A stretch of 43,226 nt of DNA from contig DMKW01000089.1 in the NCBI GenBank assembly GCA_003454135.1, forward strand, positions 8,247 through 51,472, written 5' to 3'. Under the pieces are notes generated by a model that did no database searches, was not told the DNA's origin, and saw only the letters and a program-made list of their open reading frames with translations. Below are positions 1 through 7,364 of this stretch, one piece after another. The stretch comes from Microbacteriaceae bacterium (lineage in GTDB: Bacteria > Actinomycetota > Actinomycetes > Actinomycetales > Microbacteriaceae). The position numbers were made by a program, and so were the translations under genes. Within the stretch, counting starts at the first letter, position 1, and every line of letters begins with the position of its first letter.

Positions 1-111
1 ATCTTCAACGTCCTCAACACCCTGCACTTGACCCTTGATCTCTCGGACGCGGTGGCAGGCGACGAGGACACAGCTCTCGACGACGTGTTTGCGGACCTGG
101 ACCGGCCATGA
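1..111 (+). CDS. 3' end of small HTH (HipB-like/XRE) antitoxin-type regulator, partial at window edge
   Basis: Frame 1 reads IFNVLNTLHLTLDLSDAVAGDEDTALDDVFADLDRP*. 'VLNTLHLTLDL' plus an acidic tail resembles HipB-type C-termini. The stop overlaps the next ATG (ATGA, 108-111). Confidence 0.5.
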   Translation: MFNVLNTLHLTLDLSDAVAGDEDTALDDVFADLDRP

Positions 112-236
112 CCCGTGAACTGAGCGTCTACCTCGACGGCACTCATGCGGTGAGGACTGCGATGTTGACCGTCCGTCGTGTCTCCATCTTGCGATCGGAA
201 GAGCGCGAGTCATCTCCGTTACCCGGCGTCGACTGA
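108..236 (+). pseudogene. Truncated HipA N-terminal-like fragment
   Basis: ATG at 108 is coupled to the upstream stop. MTRELSVYLDGTHA matches the usual start of HipA/HipA_N proteins, then similarity is lost and the frame stops at 236. Confidence 0.45.
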
Positions 237-471
237 AGCACGTTTCAACGCGGAACCGGACTGCAAGGACCGCTACTACCGTGTTCGAGGAGCTCCTCAA
301 CGGAACCCTCGAAGCGTGAGGGATCATCCACAGTCGGGCGGCCGTGGAGACCCGCAACGCCTCAGCATCGGAACGAGGTAGTCTGCGCTTCAAATCCTTG
401 ATTTGCTCGGCCGCATCGTCGCGGTGGGTGTGGATCGTCGATTCGTCGTCGCCACCGGAGATTGTGGAGGG

Positions 472-1380
472 ATGAGCATGGATAAAGGGGCTGCGGTCGT
501 TGGGCCAGACGTGCTGGCCCCGCGCGAGGAGCTGCAGCAGTTCCTCACCGCTGATCAACGTCGCATCGGCGATGTGTATCGGCTCACTCGCGCAGGATTG
601 GGTGCTGAGGAGATCGCCGAGCGTCTCAACGTGGCATCGCCGGGCTTCGTGTATGGCTATCGGTATCAGATCGACGCGGCCTTGGATGGGAGAGTGTCGT
701 CGTCTCGGACGATTCAGCGCTCGGTCCGGTCTGCCCTGCGCTCTCTGCTGAGCCGCGGGCGAGATACTCTCAGCCCGGAGGCACTGCACCTGCTTCAGGG
801 GAACCTGGCCGCTGTCGAGCGCGCCGGCGAATTGGTGGACCCGGCGTGCGAAGCGGAGGCGGAGGTGGAGGAAGAGCGCTCCACGACTGGGGTGCTAGAG
901 CGGCTGACCGGCGTGTCTGGGATTTACGCGTTCTCATACGGGTGGTACCTGGAGAGCCGTCTCGACCCGGCGGGCGAAAACACGCTGATCAAAGTGGGGC
1001 GGGTCGGTGATGTCGCAGCGCGCATCCGTCAGTACGCGTCAGGGGTGCGCACGCACATGCCTGAACCGCTGGCGCTGATCCGGGTGTATTCGGCCGCTGA
1101 TCGCGATCTGGCCGAGGTCGAGCGAAGTTTCCACCTGCTTCTGTCCACAGCGGGACACGCCAACCCGAGGCGGATGCCGGTTTTGCGCAGCGAGGTTGGC
1201 AAGGAGTGGTTCTGGCGCGGCCTGCGACAAGCGGACATGAACACCCTTATCGGATCAGTCCAACGCGATGCGCAATGCGACTCGACGACCCATATTGCGG
1301 CGAAAGGAGACAGGAAAACGGACGTGTTTTGTTCCCTGTCGGCACTGCACCTTGTGAAGTACAGTGTGAAGTATGGATGA
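472..1380 (+). CDS. GIY-YIG (T5orf172/MUG113-like) nuclease-domain protein with N-terminal HTH-like region; C-terminus possibly replaced
   Basis: GGAGG then ATG at 472. Motifs GIYAFSY, LIKVGR, RIRQY, EVERSFH, GKEWF. Sequence after KEWF (~1212) looks non-homologous and runs through the next gene's promoter. Confidence 0.65.
   Translation: MSMDKGAAVVGPDVLAPREELQQFLTADQRRIGDVYRLTRAGLGAEEIAERLNVASPGFVYGYRYQIDAALDGRVSSSRTIQRSVRSALRSLLSRGRDTLSPEALHLLQGNLAAVERAGELVDPACEAEAEVEEERSTTGVLERLTGVSGIYAFSYGWYLESRLDPAGENTLIKVGRVGDVAARIRQYASGVRTHMPEPLALIRVYSAADRDLAEVERSFHLLLSTAGHANPRRMPVLRSEVGKEWFWRGLRQADMNTLIGSVQRDAQCDSTTHIAAKGDRKTDVFCSLSALHLVKYSVKYG
1343..1375 (+). promoter_or_regulatory. Candidate leaderless promoter with overlapping operator-like repeats
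   Basis: TACAGT (1360-1365) lies 7 nt before ATG 1373, with no SD. Direct repeat TGTGAAGTA at 1353-1361 and 1365-1373. Imperfect inverted repeat CACTGCACCTT..AAGTACAGTG at 1343-1366. Confidence 0.45.
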
Positions 1381-2179
1381 CTGGATAGATGTCGAGCCCT
1401 TCGGTACCGAGCCAATCGCGAGTATTCCGCTTTCCCGCGCCCCCCTAATCAGAGTTCTGGCGCAAGCGAGATGGCAAGATCTCGTTCAAATGCAGGTGGA
1501 TTTTGAATCCATCGTTCAACGCTTGGGCATGGCTCTCGCGCCTCAGTATCCCTTGGCGGCGCAAAACCAAGAGGTCGAAGTCACGTTTGGACCTGAGGGA
1601 GTCAAGACTGTTCCAGGTGGCATAGTTCACCAGTTCATCTCAGCTGATGAGAACTGGCGCGTGTATTTCGCGGCGAACTTCGTCACCTTTGAGACGAAGT
1701 TCTACACGTCAAGTGACGACTTCCTCTCGAGATTTGAGCACGTGCTTGAGAAGGTGGGTGAAGTCATTGACATACCTCAGGTGACTCGCGTCGGCTTCCG
1801 TTATGTGAACCGAGTCGACCAAGCTTCCGACTTCACAGAACTCGCCGACCTCGTTCGCCCCTCAATGGTGGGCGCTCCCACCGGACTGACACAGCCTCAG
1901 GCGACCGTTCTCCAGAGCACTAACCAAGTCGTATTCGAGACCCAGGGCGGCCACTTGCTTGCCAAGTGGGCACTGCTGCCTGCCGGCGGAACCCATGACC
2001 CCTCGTTGGAGCCGTCAGAGCACCCAAGCTGGACATTAGATCTTGACTCGTTCAGTGATGGGAGAGTGCACTTCGACCCTCGGATGCTGGCGCAGGAAGC
2101 CGGACGATTGTCGGAGATGGCCTATCGGTTCTTCCGATGGACCGTAACAAAGAAGTTCATAGAACGATTCGGAGCCTGA
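1373..2179 (+). CDS. TIGR04255-family protein (function unknown)
   Basis: 268 aa with family-like motifs LSRAPLIRVLAQARW, YTSSDDFLSRF, RVGFRYVNRV, WTLDLDSF and C-terminal FFRWTVTKKFIERFG. Confidence 0.8.
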   Translation: MDDWIDVEPFGTEPIASIPLSRAPLIRVLAQARWQDLVQMQVDFESIVQRLGMALAPQYPLAAQNQEVEVTFGPEGVKTVPGGIVHQFISADENWRVYFAANFVTFETKFYTSSDDFLSRFEHVLEKVGEVIDIPQVTRVGFRYVNRVDQASDFTELADLVRPSMVGAPTGLTQPQATVLQSTNQVVFETQGGHLLAKWALLPAGGTHDPSLEPSEHPSWTLDLDSFSDGRVHFDPRMLAQEAGRLSEMAYRFFRWTVTKKFIERFGA

Positions 2180-2181
2180 GC

Positions 2182-2745
2182 GTGTTCTTGGAATCAACCT
2201 CAACGGGCGTACTCGCGAAGAAAGCAAACAACGGATCCTCGCCTCGCCCAATCACGATGGGCGTCACATTGGGGATCATTTTTGCCACGTCCACTGGCAT
2301 GTGTGTGGCTACGGCAGATCAAGTGGCCGGGTACGACGCTGCCACTGGCCATCCCGCCCACGCCTCTTCAGGGCAACGCAACCTTCCGTCGATAGTTGTG
2401 GAACGAGAGGCAGAAAAAGAAACACCTGCGAGTCTCGTACTTGCCCTGCACCAGGAAAGTGGTCTCACCTGGGAGCAGATCGCCAGGCTTCTTGGCGTTT
2501 CTCGACGAGCAGTGCATATGTGGGGATCGGGCGGGAACCTGAACGCTCAGAACTATGAGTCACTCGCCAAGCTCGTGGCCCTGATCCGCACTCTTCCTGG
2601 TGACTCCCCGAGCGAGAAGAGGACAGCACTGCTGGTGCCGCGTGAGAACTCATTGAGCTATTTCGATGCCCTGCGTCGCGCCAACGCTGCGGGTGACACT
2701 GGGGTGAACTCGATACCGGTCTCACTGCGGGCGTTGCTCGGCTAA
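2182..2745 (+). CDS. XRE-type HTH protein, putative antitoxin, with long N-terminal extension
   Basis: GGAG (2171-2174) then GTG 2182, just after the upstream stop. HTH: SGLTWEQIARLLGVSRRAVHMW. Downstream KRTALLVPRENSLSYFDALR loosely resembles the Xre/MbcA/ParS toxin-binding segment. Confidence 0.7.
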   Translation: MFLESTSTGVLAKKANNGSSPRPITMGVTLGIIFATSTGMCVATADQVAGYDAATGHPAHASSGQRNLPSIVVEREAEKETPASLVLALHQESGLTWEQIARLLGVSRRAVHMWGSGGNLNAQNYESLAKLVALIRTLPGDSPSEKRTALLVPRENSLSYFDALRRANAAGDTGVNSIPVSLRALLG

Positions 2746-2758
2746 CGGACGTACGCAA

Positions 2759-3721
2759 TTGATGAACGAGGAATCGGAAGTCGGGTCAGTCTGCTTGAGA
2801 TTGCGGCAGGGAGACATGTTCTCCCTCGACAGAATCCCGGTCACCGGAGCCAGCTTCGAAGAATGTCCTGAGGGCGTCGCGATAATCTCGCAGACTTGTG
2901 ACATCGTGCTGTCCAATAGGCCCAATGTAATCGTCGCCAAGGTCGTACAACTGCCCGTAACCGAAGCAAAGCAAGCGACCGAAGGATACCGCCCCCGGTA
3001 CGTCGGGCTGCCTGATGGGGGCGATCGCCTATTCGTCGACCTGGAACACATCCATGCAGTTTCCAAGAAGGCGCTCGTTGACAAGACATTCGTCCATGCG
3101 ATCAAGCATGGTGATGCCGCGGGAGTGCGACGGTTTTCCTTCCTTGTCGGAAGAAGGTTCAGCCGCTTTGCATTTCCCGATGCCATCACATACTGGTTCG
3201 ATCCCCTCCGCCAGACGATAGAGGACAAGTATTCGAACCCCTCATCTCCTCTGGGACGCGTGCTGAGCCACGTCGTCGAGTTGCGTGTTCAAGCGGATGA
3301 TTGGAACGCGCCACAGGCGAGTGTCACGCTTCACATCATCGTGAGTTCCGGCGGCCTCCCTGAAGTGGGTGACGAGCACGTCCTCCCTGAAACGGGACTG
3401 GCCAGGTGGTTGAGGCCCAATGGCACATTGAGCAAGAACAGTAGCGCTATCGCGGAACGGTTGTCTCCAAGAGATGGAACGAAGCCGAGCAATTGGGATG
3501 CGTATCACTTGTGGAATGCGCTCGGCGAGGCACTCGCAGAGGAGTGCACTCCTAAAGCGAAGTTCATGAGTAAGCCTGGCGTAAGGGGGGCAATCTCGAC
3601 CATCTCCGGGCAGGTCTGGAGCGAGGACGTTTTCTCCCTGTCACTTTACCGTGACACCGAATTGCTCGATCTCGACCACCTTTCGGTTCCTCTGGCATCT
3701 CCGGAACTCTCGAAGGGTTGA
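2759..3721 (+). CDS. Hypothetical protein with SQTCD motif; N-terminal half has a PemK/MazF-like motif pattern
   Basis: TTG 2759 or ATG 2762, 13-16 nt after the HTH gene. Motifs LRQGD, AIISQTCDI, VIVAKV, FVDLEHIHAVSKKAL, GRRFSRFAFPD and C-terminal LDLDHLS. The ORF is clear; the fold is inferred. Confidence 0.65.
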   Translation: MMNEESEVGSVCLRLRQGDMFSLDRIPVTGASFEECPEGVAIISQTCDIVLSNRPNVIVAKVVQLPVTEAKQATEGYRPRYVGLPDGGDRLFVDLEHIHAVSKKALVDKTFVHAIKHGDAAGVRRFSFLVGRRFSRFAFPDAITYWFDPLRQTIEDKYSNPSSPLGRVLSHVVELRVQADDWNAPQASVTLHIIVSSGGLPEVGDEHVLPETGLARWLRPNGTLSKNSSAIAERLSPRDGTKPSNWDAYHLWNALGEALAEECTPKAKFMSKPGVRGAISTISGQVWSEDVFSLSLYRDTELLDLDHLSVPLASPELSKG

Positions 3722-3818
3722 GGACTGTAGTCCCGAAAGTAAGTCCCTATTCGCACTCCTGAGAGTGACCACTCCGCTTGGGGTCCCTGCGGCTGGATTC
3801 GAATGCTCCGGATCCGAT

Positions 3819-3962
3819 CTACTCGTTCAAACTAATCACCAGGGTCATAGACGCGATTTCCTCAGCCGCAAGGATCGTGCCGGCATAAGCACTGGAGGGT
3901 GTGCTCGAGTTCTTGCCTGAGTCAATTCCGCCAACAATCTTTCTGGTTTCGCGGCCCACGTC
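3819..3962 (-). pseudogene. Probable 3' remnant of a gene cut by IS21
   Basis: Open frame from the IS end reads DVGRETRKIVGGIDSGKNSSTPSSAYAGTILAAEEIASMTLVISLNE*. It has no start codon at the junction, and no continuation on the other side of the IS. Confidence 0.35.
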
Positions 3963-4056
3963 TGTCAATGGCCAATAGGAACTGCCCGTAGGCGGCCAGC
4001 AGAATTGCCCGCTGGTGGCCACGGAAACTGCCCACTCATGGCCAACAGATCTGCCC
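3963..4056 (+). repeat. IS21 terminal inverted repeat with four ~23-bp transposase-binding repeats
   Basis: GGCCA-N6/7-YTGCCC units starting at 3970, 3994, 4017 and 4040. Confidence 0.9.
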
Positions 4057-4099
4057 ACCGGGGTGTTGGTGGCGTTGGCCATGCGCGGTCGTCGTCGGT

Positions 4100-4879
4100 C
4101 TAACTCATCTTCGTGACACCCTTCCCGGCGAGGGCCTGGGTGAGGCGGATCGAGTCGCCCGAGGTCTGGCAGACGTGGGCGTGGTGCAGGAGCCGGTCAA
4201 CGGTCGCCGTCGCGAGGGTCTTGGGCATGAGCTCGTCAAAGCCCGCGGGATGCAGGTTCGAGGAGATCGCGATGGAGCGCTTTTCGTAGGCGGCATCGAC
4301 GAGTCGATAGAGGCCCTCAGCCGCGTCGGCGCCAACTTCAAGCAGCCCGATGTCATCGATCACGATCAAATCCGAGCGGAGGATCCGGGCCACGACCCGG
4401 CCGACGGAGTCGTCTGCTCGGTGCGCCCGGACCAGGGCGCCGAGGTCTTCGAGGCGGAACCAGGCGACCCGCATCCCGGCCTCGACGACTTGCTGGCCCA
4501 GCGCCTCGAGGAAGAACGTCTTCCCGGTCCCTGACGGCCCGCAAACGACGACGTTCTCCTTCCGCCCGATCCATTCCAACGTCCGCAGCGCCTGCTGCGT
4601 CGGCGCCGGGATCGAGGACGCCGACTCGTCCCAAGTATCGAACGTTTTCCCGGTCGGGAACCCTGCCGCCCGCCGTCTGGTCGCGAGCATTGACCGGGAC
4701 CGGCCGGTGACTTCCTCCACGAACAAGGCCTTGATGATCTCGGTGGGTTCCCATCGTTGCGCCCGCGCGGTCGCGATGAGCTCCGGCGCCAGGGCGCGGG
4801 CATAGGGCATCTTCAGCTGCCGCATCAACGCCTCCAGCTCCGCCGGCAGCGCGGGCGGAGCGGTCGCAGTGACGCTCAT
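4100..4879 (-). CDS. istB: IS21 helper AAA+ ATPase IstB
   Basis: Walker A GPSGTGKT, Walker B IVIDDIG, DRLLHH motif. ATG at 4879 overlaps the istA stop (ATGA). Confidence 0.95.
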   Translation of the reverse strand: MSVTATAPPALPAELEALMRQLKMPYARALAPELIATARAQRWEPTEIIKALFVEEVTGRSRSMLATRRRAAGFPTGKTFDTWDESASSIPAPTQQALRTLEWIGRKENVVVCGPSGTGKTFFLEALGQQVVEAGMRVAWFRLEDLGALVRAHRADDSVGRVVARILRSDLIVIDDIGLLEVGADAAEGLYRLVDAAYEKRSIAISSNLHPAGFDELMPKTLATATVDRLLHHAHVCQTSGDSIRLTQALAGKGVTKMS

Positions 4880-6402
4880 GCGCTCTGCTCCATCTCGTCC
4901 TCGGTGGCCTGCCCGATCGCAGCCCACCCGGCAGTGCCCTGCGCCAGCGAACTGGACTCGTTCGCGATGCGTGCCGGCGGGCGGGTGCCGCCGGCGCTGA
5001 GCAGGGAGGCGAGGTCACCGGTCGCGAAGCGACCGTAGGTGGCCGCTTGGCCGAGGGCCTCGTCGACTCGGGCGGCGCCGCTGATCTTGGCCAGTGCAAC
5101 GGCCTCGGCCATCTTGATGTTCATCCTCGCGGTGCCGGCCGCGGCGGCTTCGAGCAGCCAGGCGTGCGCGCCGGCGCCGATGGCCAGGAACTCGGTCTCC
5201 GCGGTGCTGCGCGGCATGATCGTGTAGTCGCCTGGGACCTTCTCCCGGTGGTCGGGGAAGTGGGCGTCGTCGATGCGTGGGCTGCCGGGCCGGGCGCGTT
5301 GGTGCCGGGCGACCTCGACGGGGCCGTCGCTGCCGACGTGGACGATGACGACCTGCTCGTCGACCCCAACGCCGTGGCTGCGGACGAACACACGCGCGCC
5401 GAGCAGGTGCGCCGGGACGGAGTACTGGCCGTTCTCGAACGTGACCATCGGCGTGTTCTCCGGGACCGCGCGGGTCAGGCCGAGCGCGACGGTGTGGGCG
5501 GTGTCGGGGACCCGGTGCAGCCGGGGTCGTTCCTCCTCGAGCATCACGGAGGGCTTGCGCCTGGTGGCGCGGTGCTCCCGGTTGTTGACCTCGACCATGA
5601 ACGCTTCGCAGGCCGCTTCAACCTCGGCGAACGAGCTGTATTCCGGCCGGAGGTTGGTGTCTTTGGGCACGATGTCCGCCTTGGCGAGCTTCACCGACGA
5701 CTCCACCCCGCCCTTCGAGGCCGGGTCCGCGGGTTGGCAGGTCAGCACCGTCACGCCGTAGTGGCGGGCGAACTCCACCGTCTGTGGGTTGCGCACCGGA
5801 ACCCCGGCAACATGCGCGACGGTCACCGTTTTCTCGTTGTCGGTCAACACGTAGGTCGGCGCGCCGCCCAGGATCCGAAACGAGCGATCCAACGCCGCGA
5901 ACACGCTCGGCGCCGTGCGGTCGCGTAGCGCGATCACGATCCGGAAGCGCGCCCAGGCCAGCCAGGCGACGAACAACACCGTCTTTTTCCCGTCGATGAC
6001 GGGGCCGTCGCCGAAGTCGTATTGCAACCACATGCCCGGCTCGGTGATCCAGGGCCGGTGCACCCGAACCTGGCCCAGGCGAAACGCGGCGCGGACCTGC
6101 GCGACCGCCCGTCTGGTCGAGCGCTCGGACCCGTCATAGCCCAGCGCGAGGAGTTTCTCGTGAGCTTTGTCGGCGCGGATCTTGCCCTTGGACTTCTCGA
6201 CCCATTCCTCGATCTTGGGCAGGAACGGGTCCGTGACCCGGCCCCGGAACGCGGGTTCCGCGATCGGCCGGCCCGCGTCGCGGGCCGCGACGTGTCTGGC
6301 GACGGTGTGGTGCGAGCAGCCGGTGAGCTCGGCCGTGGCGCGCAACGACCCAGTCAGGTCGTAGGCAGCGAGTATTTCCATGATTTCTCCGTCAAACTTC
6401 AT
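4876..6402 (-). CDS. istA: IS21 DDE transposase IstA
   Basis: N-terminal HTH (SLRATAELTGCSHHTV), QYDFG, TDNEK, KGGVE (DDE triad) and NGQYSVP. Confidence 0.95.
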   Translation of the reverse strand: MKFDGEIMEILAAYDLTGSLRATAELTGCSHHTVARHVAARDAGRPIAEPAFRGRVTDPFLPKIEEWVEKSKGKIRADKAHEKLLALGYDGSERSTRRAVAQVRAAFRLGQVRVHRPWITEPGMWLQYDFGDGPVIDGKKTVLFVAWLAWARFRIVIALRDRTAPSVFAALDRSFRILGGAPTYVLTDNEKTVTVAHVAGVPVRNPQTVEFARHYGVTVLTCQPADPASKGGVESSVKLAKADIVPKDTNLRPEYSSFAEVEAACEAFMVEVNNREHRATRRKPSVMLEEERPRLHRVPDTAHTVALGLTRAVPENTPMVTFENGQYSVPAHLLGARVFVRSHGVGVDEQVVIVHVGSDGPVEVARHQRARPGSPRIDDAHFPDHREKVPGDYTIMPRSTAETEFLAIGAGAHAWLLEAAAAGTARMNIKMAEAVALAKISGAARVDEALGQAATYGRFATGDLASLLSAGGTRPPARIANESSSLAQGTAGWAAIGQATEDEMEQSA

Positions 6403-6506
6403 TCAGGGCCTCTTCCCGGGCAACTCTTGATGCGACTAGACACCGTCATCAAAACCCAGGAAGGGGCTCCCGCCGTGTAACCGGGCGGGGGTTCAGAAAT
6501 AGAAGT

Positions 6507-6599
6507 GGGCAGATCTCATGGCCACCAGCGGGCAGTTCTACTGGCCGTCAGTGGGCAGTTCCGTGGCCGCCTATGGGCAGTTTCCCATGGCCGCTAACA
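6507..6599 (-). repeat. IS21 terminal inverted repeat with four subterminal repeats
   Basis: GGGCAG...TGGCC units at 6507, 6530, 6553 and 6575, inverse of the other end. Confidence 0.9.
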
Positions 6600-6686
6600 G
6601 ACAATCTCGGCGACGGTGCCGGCCCGTCCCTGCCGCCCCACGACCGCTGTGTTCCGAGCCGGCGAGCGGGGGAGCCGGAGAGGTGG

Positions 6687-7364
6687 CTAGGCGCGGTGGG
6701 CGAGCATGGACTTCATGACGTCGATCTCGGAGGTCTGGCTGGTGATCACGGCGTTGGCAAAACCCCGCACGGCGGAGTTCGAGCTGCGGTCGAGGGCCGC
6801 CTCGGCCATCTCGAGGGCACCCTGGTGGTGCGCGATCATCAGGGTGAGGAAGATCCGCTCGGCGTCGACGCCGGATGCCGCGGTCAACGCAGCGATCTGG
6901 GCCGGTGTCGCAAGCCCCGGCATCCGCTCGCCCGGCGTAAGGGCGGCGTCGTGAGTGTGCCCGGTGGCGGTGCCGGCGAGGCCGGGCCGCGTCATCCAGG
7001 TCATCGACGGCTCGGGTGCGGCCTGCGACAGACCCCACTGGGTGAGCCAGCCGTAGAGCTGGCCGGACTGCTGCTTCTGGGTCAGCGCGATGTCGTAGGC
7101 AAGGAGGCGCACCTCGGGGTCATCCGTGCGGTCGCGCACGATCATCGCGAGCTCGACGCCCTGGTCGTGGTGCACCTGCATGTCTCGCGCGAATCCGGCC
7201 TCGGCGCTGGTGTCGGCCGGACTGGCATCGCCAAGGGTGCTGAGCCGGCCGGCCGAAAAGGCGACGACGCCAACGACCACGGCCGTGACGAGCGCCGTGA
7301 CGATCAGCGCAACGCGGCCCGTTCCGGCGCCGACGCGATTGCTAGGAGACTTTGCCGGGTGCAT
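6687..7364 (-). CDS. DUF305 domain membrane-anchored protein (ferritin-like)
   Basis: TM segment followed by FARDMQVHHDQGVELA and FLTLMIAHHQGALEMA (paired HH motifs), QTSEI. Start uncertain. Confidence 0.85.
   Translation of the reverse strand: MHPAKSPSNRVGAGTGRVALIVTALVTAVVVGVVAFSAGRLSTLGDASPADTSAEAGFARDMQVHHDQGVELAMIVRDRTDDPEVRLLAYDIALTQKQQSGQLYGWLTQWGLSQAAPEPSMTWMTRPGLAGTATGHTHDAALTPGERMPGLATPAQIAALTAASGVDAERIFLTLMIAHHQGALEMAEAALDRSSNSAVRGFANAVITSQTSEIDVMKSMLAHRA

Larger units (their letters stand above)
3963..6599 (-). mobile_element. IS21-family insertion sequence (istA-istB), 2637 bp
   Basis: Ends TGTCAATGGCC (3963) and GGCCGCTAACA (6599), giving TG..CA termini. Four subterminal repeats at each end. 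Contains coupled istA and istB. No flanking direct repeat. Confidence 0.95.

Noticed and set aside
3779..3803. Minus-strand TTCGAATCCAGCCGCAGGGACCCCA resembles a tRNA 3' end (possible att site)
   Set aside because: The 5' T-stem strand does not pair, the implied acceptor stem fits no tRNA I recognise, and there is no integrase in the window. It would need a match to a genomic tRNA.
3963..4056. Regularly spaced ~23-bp repeats that could suggest a CRISPR-like array
   Set aside because: They are mirrored at 6507-6599 and are the normal IS21 subterminal repeats. Spacers are only ~6 nt and there are no cas genes.
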